Assembly: GCA_038206475.1 (NCBI GenBank) | Contig: JBBRAU010000003.1 | Span: 13,852 to 77,851 of the forward strand | DNA: 64,000 bases | Direction of reading: 5' to 3' | Origin: Patescibacteria group bacterium | GTDB lineage: Bacteria > Patescibacteriota > UBA1384 > JBBRAU01 | Part shown: positions 10,330-19,578 of the stretch, piece after piece | Layout of the letters: every line of letters starts with the position of its first letter | Numbering within the stretch: the stretch's first letter is position 1 | Position numbers and translations under genes: made by a program | The notes under the pieces: model-generated | The model's input: the letters and a program-made list of their open reading frames with translations, nothing else | Told to the model about the DNA's origin: nothing | Database searches by the model: none

Positions 10330-10380
10330 GCTTCGCTTTCGAGAGGGAACCAGTCAGCCCGCCGGTCGTTTACGGTGATA
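10330..10380. repeat. Copy A of a ~45-nt conserved non-coding motif (GCGAAG..TTTYGARAGGGAACCNGTCAGCCCG..TTACGG)
   Basis: Near-identical to 54735-54785 over the core. The flanks are unrelated. Confidence 0.5.
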
Positions 10381-10425
10381 GACTAGCTCTGGCGGCGGCT
10401 TACTAGCTGGTGCTACACTAACGTC

Positions 10426-10716
10426 ATGCAGCTCGAGATTGAGCATTTATCCGACAGCGTTGACTCTGGTTTAGAGGAGCATGCGCAGAAACGGTTGGCC
10501 AAGCTGGAGCGGTATTGGAAGCAGGAAGACACGCATATTCGTCTGGTATTTGCTGACGAGAACAGCAGCCACAAGGGCGGCATCGACAAGCGTGTGAGCT
10601 TGCAGCTGAGTCCGGGCGGGCTGTTCGCCGAAGCGTTGGCTGGAACGTGGTCAAAGGCACTAGACGAGTCGCTTGATCGGCTTGAGCGCCAAATAGTCAA
10701 AAGAATCCAAAAATAA
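10426..10716 (+). CDS. hpf: Ribosome hibernation promoting factor / RaiA family (short form)
   Basis: 96 aa. LEIEHLSDSVDSGLEEHAQKRLAKLERY plus VSLQL...AEA match the S30AE/HPF fold. Confidence 0.7.
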   Translation: MQLEIEHLSDSVDSGLEEHAQKRLAKLERYWKQEDTHIRLVFADENSSHKGGIDKRVSLQLSPGGLFAEALAGTWSKALDESLDRLERQIVKRIQK

Positions 10717-10718
10717 TT

Positions 10719-10970
10719 ATGCAAAAACTAATTACCATTTTCTTCATCGGCTTCTTTCTTGGGGCGGTTTCGGTGGTCGTTGTCGAGCAACGTTTCGTCG
10801 TCAGCGCTGATGAGGCTACTGCCAGCGCGGCAATGCCGGTATTTATCAGTAACTGGCAAGGCCAAGATTTTGCCCGCTTCCGCGAACTCGTGTTAACTGA
10901 CCACCTGTCGACTCAAGATGCGGCTCAGCAATCCGACGCCGAAAGACTCGTTCGCGAGAGCCAACCTTAG
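10719..10970 (+). CDS. Small membrane protein, hypothetical
   Basis: N-terminal TM helix (ITIFFIGFFLGAVSVVVV). 2 nt after the hpf stop. Confidence 0.35.
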   Translation: MQKLITIFFIGFFLGAVSVVVVEQRFVVSADEATASAAMPVFISNWQGQDFARFRELVLTDHLSTQDAAQQSDAERLVRESQP

Positions 10971-11098
10971 GCTTGCCCAAGCCGGCTCCTTGCGGCATAC
11001 TACAGCAGAAAGAGGCCTGAGCCTCGTTTTTGAATGCACGCCTGAGTCGCCACTTTCTGCTAGGGTAAAGGTGCCATAGAGCATCGAGAAGGATATAA

Positions 11099-13753
11099 GT
11101 GAAAATCCCATTTCTAACCAAACGAAATTCGGCAGACCATGGCCGTTTGACGCGTGACGACGAGCGCTTTATTGCTGAGGTTGACCAGTTCGGCTCGGTC
11201 ATGGAGAAGCTGTCGGACGAGGCGCTGAAAAACAAAACAGTCGAATTTCGGGCTATTATTGCTGAAGTACTAGGGAATCAGGCTGATGAGCTGTCGCCAG
11301 AACGGCGGTCCGAGCTTGAGACCAAGGCGCTTGAGCGCCTGCTGCCCGAGGCGTTTGCGGTCGTCCGCGAAGCAGCCAACCGTACACTCAAAATGCGCCA
11401 TTTTGGCGTGCAACTAGCCGGTGGTCTGGCCCTGCACCGCGGCCGAATCGCCGAGATGCGCACTGGTGAAGGCAAAACCTTGGTGGCCACACTGCCGCTG
11501 TACGTCAACGCGCTGCTCGGCCACGGTGCGCATTTAATTACTGTCAACGACTACCTCTCACGCCGCGACGCGGGCTGGATGGGACCGGTTTACCACGCGC
11601 TCGGCTTAACCGTCGCCACGATCGGCCATGAAAGCTCGTTGTTGTTTGATCTGGCTGGAGACGAAGGCGACCACTCGGATCCGCGTCTGCGCCTGTTTCG
11701 ACCGGTTAACCGAACCGAGGCGTACGCCGCTGACATTACCTACGGCACCAATAATGAATTCGGCTTTGACTACCTGCGCGACAACATGGCGGTCAACTTA
11801 AGCCAAGTGGTCCAGCGGCCGCTGCACTACGCCATCGTTGATGAAGTTGACTCAATTTTGATTGACGAAGCGCGTACGCCGCTAATTATCTCGCGTCCGG
11901 CTGAGCAGTCGGCTTCGCTCTATCAGCAGTTTGCCGAACACGTCAAAACACTGCGCGCCGAATCTGATTACGAAGTTGATGAGAAAGAGCGCCGGGTGAC
12001 GCTGACCGACCAGGGTATTCGTAAAATGGAGCAACAGTTGGGCGTGACGAACATATTTGAAGCTGAGTCAGCTATTTTAGCTCATCACCTGGAAGAGGCA
12101 CTGAAGGCTAAAGCCCTGTTTCAGCGTGACAAAGATTACATCATCAAAGACGGTGAAATTGTTATCGTTGACGAATTTACTGGCCGCTTAATGCCCGGCC
12201 GGCGTTACAATGAAGGCTTACACCAAGCGCTTGAGGCCAAAGAGGGTGTGGCGGTTAAGCAAGAGTCAGATACGTTGGCCACCATCTCCTTCCAAAATTA
12301 CTTTCGCCTCTACCGTAAATTGTCCGGCATGACCGGTACGGCCAAAACAGAGGAAGAAGAGTTCTGGAAAATCTACGGCCTGGCGGTGACGGTGGTGCCG
12401 ACCAATAAGCCGATGATTCGTAAAGACACGACTGATCGTATTTATAAAACCGAGCCAGCCAAATGGGACGCTATTGTTGCGGATTTGCGGGCTCGGCACG
12501 AAGCTGGCCAGCCAGTGCTGGTCGGTACGGTTTCGATTGCCAAAAATGAGTTATTGTCGGGCATTTTGACACGGGCCGGCTTGCCGCATAAAGTCTTAAA
12601 CGCCAAAAACCATGAGCAAGAAGCGTCCATTATTGAGGCCGCTGGGCAGGCGGGGGCAATCACGGTCGCCACCAACATGGCCGGTCGCGGTACTGACATT
12701 AAGGTCACGCCAGAGGCAATGGCTGCCGGCGGTTTGCACGTGCTTGGCACTGAGCGGCATGAGTCGCGTCGCATCGACAATCAGCTGCGCGGCCGCACCG
12801 GTCGCCAAGGCGACCCGGGTTCTTCGCAGTTTTACGTGGCGCTGTCAGATGACTTAATGCGCATTTTCGGCGGCGAGCGTCTGTCGAACATGATGACCTT
12901 CCTCAAAGTGCCGGAGGAGATGCCGATCGAGTCGCCGGCGGTCTCGCGAGCGCTCGAGTCTGCCCAGCGGCGGGTTGAAGGCCACAACTTTGATATGCGG
13001 AAGCACTTGGTTGAGTACGATGACGTGATGAATAAACACCGTGTGCGCATTTACCGTGACCGCCGGCGCATTCTGGAGCAGGCTAACCTGCGTGAAGACA
13101 TGCTGAAATCGGTGACAGCTGAGGTTGAGGCGCTCTGGCAGGCGGCTGAGGCGGTTGATGACAATATTCCTGAGCTACAGAAGCGTTTGGCGGTGCTCTT
13201 GAACCAGCCGGCTGAGGGCGTCCATGACGTTGTTCAGGCGGTTGAGCGGGCGACCAGCATTTATGCCGCCAAAGAGGAGCGCTTAGGCTCAGATGTGATG
13301 CGTGAGCTGGAGCGGGCAGTTGCCCTGCGGGCGATGGACGTGCTCTGGATTGACCACTTAAACGCTATGGAGCATCTGCGCCACGCCATTGGTTTGGTCG
13401 GCTTCTCGCAGCGCGAACCGTTGGTTGAGTACAAAGCCCAGGCCTACGAATTGTTTAAGAGCTTGCTGGCCGCCATTCAGGGCCAAACGGTCGAACTCTT
13501 ATTCCGGGCTGAAATTGTCGAGCCGCCGCGCCCCATGTTGACGGAAGGCGCGATTGAAGAAGGTCCGTCTGAGGCGCTGGCCTCTGGTGCAGTTGAAACG
13601 GATATTGCCCGCGAGAAGAATCCGTCTGAAGTCACCGACACGGCAGCAGCGCCAATGCCAATAGAGAAGCCAAGCGGTCACATTGGTCGCAATGACCCCT
13701 GCCCATGTGGTAGTGGTAAGAAGTTCAAAAAGTGCCATGGGGTAAACACTTAA
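11099..13753 (+). CDS. secA: Preprotein translocase ATPase SecA
   Basis: DEAD-like motor (MRTGEGKT Walker [12 protein letters not shown]). C-terminal zinc-binding tail [14 protein letters not shown]. Confidence 0.95.
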   Translation: MKIPFLTKRNSADHGRLTRDDERFIAEVDQFGSVMEKLSDEALKNKTVEFRAIIAEVLGNQADELSPERRSELETKALERLLPEAFAVVREAANRTLKMRHFGVQLAGGLALHRGRIAEMRTGEGKTLVATLPLYVNALLGHGAHLITVNDYLSRRDAGWMGPVYHALGLTVATIGHESSLLFDLAGDEGDHSDPRLRLFRPVNRTEAYAADITYGTNNEFGFDYLRDNMAVNLSQVVQRPLHYAIVDEVDSILIDEARTPLIISRPAEQSASLYQQFAEHVKTLRAESDYEVDEKERRVTLTDQGIRKMEQQLGVTNIFEAESAILAHHLEEALKAKALFQRDKDYIIKDGEIVIVDEFTGRLMPGRRYNEGLHQALEAKEGVAVKQESDTLATISFQNYFRLYRKLSGMTGTAKTEEEEFWKIYGLAVTVVPTNKPMIRKDTTDRIYKTEPAKWDAIVADLRARHEAGQPVLVGTVSIAKNELLSGILTRAGLPHKVLNAKNHEQEASIIEAAGQAGAITVATNMAGRGTDIKVTPEAMAAGGLHVLGTERHESRRIDNQLRGRTGRQGDPGSSQFYVALSDDLMRIFGGERLSNMMTFLKVPEEMPIESPAVSRALESAQRRVEGHNFDMRKHLVEYDDVMNKHRVRIYRDRRRILEQANLREDMLKSVTAEVEALWQAAEAVDDNIPELQKRLAVLLNQPAEGVHDVVQAVERATSIYAAKEERLGSDVMRELERAVALRAMDVLWIDHLNAMEHLRHAIGLVGFSQREPLVEYKAQAYELFKSLLAAIQGQTVELLFRAEIVEPPRPMLTEGAIEEGPSEALASGAVETDIAREKNPSEVTDTAAAPMPIEKPSGHIGRNDPCPCGSGKKFKKCHGVNT

Positions 13754-13754
13754 A

Positions 13755-13840
13755 ACACTCAAACTTCATGAACACTTAGCGCTAGAGGGGTTGTCTCACT
13801 GACCGCGCCAGATGTTGGCGACACTCACTCGTTCATGAAG
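13755..13840. promoter_or_regulatory. Two direct copies of ACACTCA-N4-TTCATGAA, each holding the palindromic 8-mer TTCATGAA, upstream of the VIT-family gene
   Basis: Copies at 13755-13775 and 13820-13840. TTCATGAA is its own reverse complement. Candidate operator. Confidence 0.3.
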
Positions 13841-13863
13841 TAAAAAACAGCTAGACTGAAGCT

Positions 13864-14376
13864 ATGCGACAGCGTGAGGATCACTTCATTCGACGGGAAA
13901 TTAGGCCGATGGTCTTTGGGATTGAGGATTCGCTCATTTCGACACTCGGGGTGGTTACTGGCATGGCCAGCGGTACCGGTTCTCAATCGACTATTGTGCT
14001 GGCCGGCATCGTTTTGGTGACGGTTGAAGCCTTGTCGATGGCTGCCGGCGAGATGATCTCGTCGCAAACGGAAATCGAAGTTGATGGCTTAAACGACCCA
14101 CATCGGCCGATTGTGAATGGTTTAGTCATGGGGGTGGCCTACGTCTTAGCCGGCGTTATTCCGGTTGGACCGTACGCAATGTTTGCGCCTAGTACCGCCT
14201 TACCCGTATCTATTTTAGCCACGGCACTGGCTATTTTCTTGCTCGGCGTCTGGAAGAATTCGCTGGTCTACCGCAGCCGCCGGAGCGCCTTGATGTCTGG
14301 CTTGGAGCTGCTGACTATCACGTTAGCTGTTTCGCTGATCGGCTACTTAATTGGCGCCATCTTTGGCGTGTACTGA
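13864..14376 (+). CDS. VIT1/CCC1-family membrane protein (putative Fe/Mn transporter)
   Basis: EDSLISTLGVVTGMA matches the VIT-family signature. Several TM helices. Confidence 0.65.
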   Translation: MRQREDHFIRREIRPMVFGIEDSLISTLGVVTGMASGTGSQSTIVLAGIVLVTVEALSMAAGEMISSQTEIEVDGLNDPHRPIVNGLVMGVAYVLAGVIPVGPYAMFAPSTALPVSILATALAIFLLGVWKNSLVYRSRRSALMSGLELLTITLAVSLIGYLIGAIFGVY

Positions 14377-14377
14377 G

Positions 14378-14773
14378 ATGCCAGCCAACCTTTATCATCT
14401 GCAGTTGAATGTTGCTGATGTAGCGTTTTATCGTGATTTTTTGACTGCGCTTGGCTACACGATTGACTTTGACGACGGTCAAATTTTTCGGGCTAGCGGC
14501 GAGGGGACCGAGCTCTGGATTAACTGGGTTGAGCGTAAATTTAAGTCATATCCCTTCCACCGTAAAACGATCGGCCTCAACCACTTGGCGTTTCAAGTGG
14601 ACAGCCGCCGGGACGTTGACGAGTTTGTCGAAAATTTTCTGAAACGGTGGGAGATCAGCCCGCTCTACCACAGCCCGCGCTCCTTTCCACAGTATGGCGC
14701 CGGATACTGCGCCGTCTATTTTGAAGATCCGAGCCGGATTAAGCTTGTAGTGATGACCAAAGCCAGCGTGTAG
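14378..14773 (+). CDS. VOC/glyoxalase-bleomycin-resistance family protein
   Basis: YHLQLNV...LNHLAFQVDSRRDVDEF matches a beta-alpha-beta-beta-beta VOC module. ATG at 14378 lies just after the VIT stop. Confidence 0.55.
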   Translation: MPANLYHLQLNVADVAFYRDFLTALGYTIDFDDGQIFRASGEGTELWINWVERKFKSYPFHRKTIGLNHLAFQVDSRRDVDEFVENFLKRWEISPLYHSPRSFPQYGAGYCAVYFEDPSRIKLVVMTKASV

Positions 14774-14837
14774 GTTTGTCTTTTGAGCGCTGCTCTGGCA
14801 GCATAGCCAATGATGATGAGTTGCAAATTATGCCTGG

Positions 14838-15530
14838 ATGCACATGGCGTTGATTGAGTTTCAGAATGTCGTAAAAACCTACGGCAATAAAATCAAAGCT
14901 TTGGATGACATTGACCTCTCGATTGACCGCGGCGAGTTTGTGACGTTGGTCGGCCCCTCTGGAGCTGGCAAATCAACACTCATTCGGCTGCTCACCCGGG
15001 AGGAGTTGCCGTCGGCGGGCCATATTATGGTAGCTGGCCGCGACATTACCAAATTGAAGCCGCGCGAGTTGCCATACTATCGGCGCAAAGTCGGCGTTAT
15101 CTTCCAAGACTTTAAACTGCTGCCGCAAAAAACGGTCGCTGAAAATGTTGCCTATGCCCTGGAGGTTTCGGACGCGCCACCGGATGAAATTAACCGCAAA
15201 GTGCCGCTCATTTTAGATTTGGTTGGTCTGTCGCACCGCATGAAAAACCGCCCCAACGAGTTGTCCGGCGGCGAGCGTCAGCGCGTCTCAATTGCGCGGG
15301 CCCTGGTGCACACGCCAAAAATTTTGATCGCTGATGAGCCGACCGGTAATCTCGACCCGGTCAACACCTGGGAAATCATTGAGCTGTTGTTTAAAATCAA
15401 CAAACGGGGGACGATTGTCGTCTTGGCTACGCATGACCGCGAAGTGGTTAACGCACTGAAGAAACGGGTCATTACAATGAAAGACGGCAAGATTATCTCT
15501 GATCAAGAAAAGGGAAAGTACATCCTGTGA
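14838..15530 (+). CDS. ftsE: Cell-division ABC transporter ATPase FtsE
   Basis: Walker A GPSGAGKST, ABC signature LSGGERQRVSIARAL, Walker B ILIADEPTGNLD. Confidence 0.85.
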   Translation: MHMALIEFQNVVKTYGNKIKALDDIDLSIDRGEFVTLVGPSGAGKSTLIRLLTREELPSAGHIMVAGRDITKLKPRELPYYRRKVGVIFQDFKLLPQKTVAENVAYALEVSDAPPDEINRKVPLILDLVGLSHRMKNRPNELSGGERQRVSIARALVHTPKILIADEPTGNLDPVNTWEIIELLFKINKRGTIVVLATHDREVVNALKKRVITMKDGKIISDQEKGKYIL

Positions 15531-16453
15531 GTTTTCTCTCAAGCTACCGCATTATGAAGTTGGGCGCGATTAGTTTTTTCCGCAACCGGCTGTTGTCGGT
15601 GGCGGCGGTTTTGGTGATGACCATTACGCTGCTCATTATTGCCAGTTTTGCCATTTTGAACATCGTGCTCAACAAGTCGGTGGCTGAACTGCAGAGCAAA
15701 ATTAACTTAATCGTCTATTTTGACAAATCGGCTCCGGAAGACAAAATTTTGGCTCTGCAAAGCCGGCTTGAGTCGGAGTCGGCGGTCAAAGAAGTGCACT
15801 ACACCAACCGCGACGCCGCGCTGCAGAAATACCTGAGCGACCATGCCGGCGATCCCCAGAAACAGAAAATTGTCCAGCTGACGGGCACTAATCCGCTGCC
15901 GGCCAGCATAGAGATAAAGGTTGATCCGCCGGAGCAGATTGGAGCGGTTGTCGCCATTGTCCACTCGCCGTCGTACCAAGGGATACTGCAGGCGAGCAAA
16001 AGCGACTCCTACTCAGAGGACAAAGCGACTATCGATAAGCTGCTTGAATTCACCCATTTTCTGATAGTGGCCGGTGTCGTGGCCAGCATCATCTTTATGC
16101 TTATTGCCGTTTTGGTCGTGTTTAATACGGTTAAGCTGACCACATTTACTCGTCGCGAAGAGGTGGAAATTATGCGCCTGGTTGGCGCCACGGAGTCATT
16201 CGTCCGGTTGCCGTTTGTCGTCGAGAGTTTAATTTACGCCGCCTGCGGCACCACCTTTGCCGCACTTATTCTTATCTTTAGCCTACGCAGCCTGGCCAAC
16301 TCAACCAAAATCGGCAGTCTGCCGGTCAGCTATGCCAACCAATTGAACATCTACTTCAGCGCCCATCTGGTACCAATTCTCTTAATCGGTCTGGTTATTT
16401 CCATGTTCATTAGCGGCACCTGTAGCTACTTGGCGGTACGCCGCTCTCTCTAA
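15527..16453 (+). CDS. ftsX: Cell-division permease-like FtsX
   Basis: 4-nt overlap with ftsE. One N-terminal TM, a periplasmic domain, then three C-terminal TMs, as in FtsX. Confidence 0.8.
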   Translation: MSFLSSYRIMKLGAISFFRNRLLSVAAVLVMTITLLIIASFAILNIVLNKSVAELQSKINLIVYFDKSAPEDKILALQSRLESESAVKEVHYTNRDAALQKYLSDHAGDPQKQKIVQLTGTNPLPASIEIKVDPPEQIGAVVAIVHSPSYQGILQASKSDSYSEDKATIDKLLEFTHFLIVAGVVASIIFMLIAVLVVFNTVKLTTFTRREEVEIMRLVGATESFVRLPFVVESLIYAACGTTFAALILIFSLRSLANSTKIGSLPVSYANQLNIYFSAHLVPILLIGLVISMFISGTCSYLAVRRSL

Positions 16454-16506
16454 GCCGTATGCATAGCCTTGCCGGAGCAAGGCTGGTGGATTAGGATAAA
16501 GACAGT

Positions 16507-17754
16507 ATGAAGATTCCGCTACACTCGCTTCTACGCCGACGTTTTGCTGCGGCTTTGCTGTTGGCGGTAACGGTGGTCGGCTTTTCGACGACGCCGCTGA
16601 CGCAAGCTGCGCCGTCGCTTAGTGCGCTACAGCAGCAAAAACAGGCCGCTGAGCGACAAAAACAGGCCGCTGCCGCCGCAGAGAAGCAAAAAGAGCAAGA
16701 AGCGGTGGTGCTAGCCAGCCAGCTGCAAACCATCAACGACCAAATTAATGCTACCCAAGCCGTCATCAAAAAGACCAAGGGCGACATTGGTGCCTCACAA
16801 CAGACAATTGCCAGCACCAACGACCGTATTCAGACTGCTAGCGATAAGCTGGTCCAGTCGCAACAGTTGCTGGGAGAGATGATCGCTGAAGAGTACACCG
16901 CAGACAGCAATCAGTTTCTGCGTTCAGTGGTTGGCTCACCGGATATCTCCAGCTTTTACCGGCAACTCAAAGAAACGGAAACATTTCAGGACCAATTAAA
17001 CCAATTGGCTGACCAAGTTAGCAGTTTAAAAACGTCGCTTGAATCAGATAAGGCCAAGCAAGAGAAACAACTTGCCCAGCAGCAGAGTTTGGCGGCGTAT
17101 CAAACTGCGAAGCAGAATGACTTAAACGGTCAGCTCGGCACCAAGAACAATTTGCTTAGCAATACTCACCAGGCGATTGTCGATTTAAATCAGCAGCAGA
17201 AAAACGCTGATGCACAAATTGTTGCCGCAGAGAAGCAGATTAACGCTTTGCTTGCGGCCCGCAGCAGTGGCGGCCAGTTAGTCTCTGGTGGCGGTGGCGG
17301 TTGGTACTACAGCCAGCGCGATCCCAGCTGGTCCGGCGTCCGCATGGGCAACAGCTACGCCACCATTGGCCTCTACGGCTGCTTAATTACCTCCATTGCT
17401 ATGCTTGCCACCTACTACGGCACGCCAACGACGCCGCTGCAAATTGCTCGGACTGGCAGTTTCTCCCGTGACGGCGGCCTGGCGGCTTTGCCTCCAGGGT
17501 TGGGCATTAGTGTGGCGCCATCGCAGCCGGTGCAGTGGTCGGTGGTCGACAGCGAAATTGCCAACAATCATCCAGTGATCATCAGTTTGTACTTGCCGTC
17601 GGTTGGCGCCTTAAATAGTGACGGTTCATCGCACTTCATCGTTATTGACGGCAAAGTTGGCGGTACATACACCATTAAAGATCCGATCAGTAGCAGTGGT
17701 GGCGGCTACGACTTATCAAACGCCCGTTCCATGAAGCTGGTCCGACCGAAGTAG
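16507..17754 (+). CDS. Secreted coiled-coil protein with a C-terminal peptidase C39-like (YvpB-type) cysteine peptidase domain; putative FtsEX-controlled peptidoglycan hydrolase (PcsB/RipC analogue)
   Basis: Signal peptide, ~250 aa of Q/A-rich coiled-coil, then WYYSQRDPSW...YGCLITSIAMLATYYG...SSHFIVIDG, which carries a Cys/His dyad. Lies directly after ftsEX. Confidence 0.6.
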   Translation: MKIPLHSLLRRRFAAALLLAVTVVGFSTTPLTQAAPSLSALQQQKQAAERQKQAAAAAEKQKEQEAVVLASQLQTINDQINATQAVIKKTKGDIGASQQTIASTNDRIQTASDKLVQSQQLLGEMIAEEYTADSNQFLRSVVGSPDISSFYRQLKETETFQDQLNQLADQVSSLKTSLESDKAKQEKQLAQQQSLAAYQTAKQNDLNGQLGTKNNLLSNTHQAIVDLNQQQKNADAQIVAAEKQINALLAARSSGGQLVSGGGGGWYYSQRDPSWSGVRMGNSYATIGLYGCLITSIAMLATYYGTPTTPLQIARTGSFSRDGGLAALPPGLGISVAPSQPVQWSVVDSEIANNHPVIISLYLPSVGALNSDGSSHFIVIDGKVGGTYTIKDPISSSGGGYDLSNARSMKLVRPK

Positions 17755-17786
17755 CGGCCTGAGTCCAATTCACCTACACTAAGGTC

Positions 17787-19004
17787 ATGAAGAAGTATGC
17801 CGCATTATCGCGCTGGATCAGTCTTTTTTTGTTGTTTATATTGGTCTTTGGTGGTGGTTTTGTCGCCGGTGACTTCTATCGCCAAAAACAGGCGACCGGC
17901 CACGCTGACCTCTCGGCCCTGATCGGGCCGTCGGTTATTAACAAAACCAAAGGCCAGCCGCAAAACGTTGACTTCTCGCTGTTTTGGGACGTCTGGAATA
18001 GAGTCGCGAGCCAGTGGGACGGCGACGCTGACCAAAAGCAGCAACTCTATGGCGCCATTGAGGGCTCGCTGGCCAGCCTTGGCGACCCATACACCGTCTT
18101 CTTTGATCCGGAGTCAGCTAAGGCCTTTAACAATGATTTGAACGGTAAGTTGTCTGGTATCGGCGCGGAAATCACCCAGCAGAACGGCCTCATGACGGTT
18201 ATGGACACCTTGCCCGATTCACCGGCCTACAAAGCCGGTTTGAAAGTCAAAGATATCATTGTCAAAATTGATGACGCTGTAATTGATGCCAATAACTTCG
18301 GGGCTAACATTAACCAGATTCGCGGTCAGGCTGGCACGGCGGTTCATTTAACGGTGTTGCGGCCGCCCAGCCAGAAGCCGCTCGAGTTCCAAATTGTCCG
18401 GCAAAACCTGCACGTTGATAGCTTAAGCTGGAGCTGGCAAGGCAATATTGTCGTCGGCCGCATGCGCCAGTTTAGCCAAGACACCGGCGACTTAATGCGC
18501 AAGATGGCCGCTGAGGCCACAGCCAAGCACGCCAAAGGCTTAGTTTTAGATTTGCGTGGCAACCCAGGCGGTTATCTGCAGGCGGCCCAAGAGGTTTGGG
18601 GGGTGCTGTCGCCGAAGAATCCGTTGGTTATTGAACGCAGTAAGCGGGGTGACAGTGACAAGTTATCTGGCCAAGGTGATGCCAGCTTAGCTGACCTGCC
18701 ACTGGTGGTACTGGTTGACGACAGTAGCGCTTCAGCTTCAGAAATTTTAGCCGGCGCCGTGCAGGACTATGGCCGTGGTAAAGTGGTTGGTATTAAGACG
18801 TTTGGCAAGGGGAGTGTCCAAGATTTAGTCGACCTGGCCGGTGCCGCCAGTCTAAAAGTGACGGTCGCGCACTGGTTCACGCCGAACGGTCGTGGCATTG
18901 ATAAAGCCGGCATTACGCCGGATGTGCTGGTGCCAGCACCAGAGCAGATCAGCCCGGACCAAGATCCGGTTATGGCCAAAGCGCTTGAACTACTGAAATC
19001 GTAG
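17787..19004 (+). CDS. ctpA: Carboxyl-terminal processing protease (S41, CtpA-like) with PDZ domain
   Basis: PDZ region (GIGAEI...GLMTV..SPAYKAGLKVKDIIVKID). S41 motifs (LDLRGNPGGYL; VDDSSASASEILAGAVQDYGRGKVVGIKTFGKGSVQ). Confidence 0.8.
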   Translation: MKKYAALSRWISLFLLFILVFGGGFVAGDFYRQKQATGHADLSALIGPSVINKTKGQPQNVDFSLFWDVWNRVASQWDGDADQKQQLYGAIEGSLASLGDPYTVFFDPESAKAFNNDLNGKLSGIGAEITQQNGLMTVMDTLPDSPAYKAGLKVKDIIVKIDDAVIDANNFGANINQIRGQAGTAVHLTVLRPPSQKPLEFQIVRQNLHVDSLSWSWQGNIVVGRMRQFSQDTGDLMRKMAAEATAKHAKGLVLDLRGNPGGYLQAAQEVWGVLSPKNPLVIERSKRGDSDKLSGQGDASLADLPLVVLVDDSSASASEILAGAVQDYGRGKVVGIKTFGKGSVQDLVDLAGAASLKVTVAHWFTPNGRGIDKAGITPDVLVPAPEQISPDQDPVMAKALELLKS

Positions 19005-19061
19005 CAACGCATAGCCAAATCGGCCGATGTCAGCTACAACCAAAGGGATGAGTAAGACCTG

Positions 19062-19502
19062 ATGGCAAATGTCGAAGTCATCTTCATTCAAGACGTGCCG
19101 GGACAGGCAAAATTTGGTGAGCGCAAAAAAGTCAGTCGCACTTACGCTTTGAGCGTGCTCTTGCCGCGTGGCTTGGCCGACCTGGCTGACAGTCCGCGGG
19201 CTCGTCGCTTACTTGATCAAGCCGTTTCCAAAGAGCAGGCCAAGTCGCTAGCCGATGCTGAGCTGCAAACCAAATTGCTTGCGCTCGATGGGCACACACT
19301 CGATTTTACTGAACGAGCCACCAGTGCCGCCAAACTGTATGAAAGCATCACTGCGGTCCGCATCGCCGCGCGACTGGGGGTGCCGGAAAAAGTGGTTCGG
19401 TTACCGGCGCCAATAAAGACAATCGGATTTCACGAGGTGGAGCTGCTTTGGCATGGCACGCCACTCTCACGCGTAAAAGTTGACGTCCGCGGCCGGAGCT
19501 AG
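19062..19502 (+). CDS. rplI: Ribosomal protein L9
   Basis: MANVEVIFIQDVPGQAKFGERKKVSRTYALSVLLPRGLA matches the L9 N-domain. Confidence 0.8.
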   Translation: MANVEVIFIQDVPGQAKFGERKKVSRTYALSVLLPRGLADLADSPRARRLLDQAVSKEQAKSLADAELQTKLLALDGHTLDFTERATSAAKLYESITAVRIAARLGVPEKVVRLPAPIKTIGFHEVELLWHGTPLSRVKVDVRGRS

Positions 19503-19578
19503 AATACTAGAGAGAGAATAATAGTGGCCGGTCGGTTTGATCGCGTCGTTTGCATGAATAGATGTTAAGGAGGGTTTT

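Noticed and set aside
10413-10724. 103-aa minus-strand ORF
   Set aside because: Antisense to hpf.
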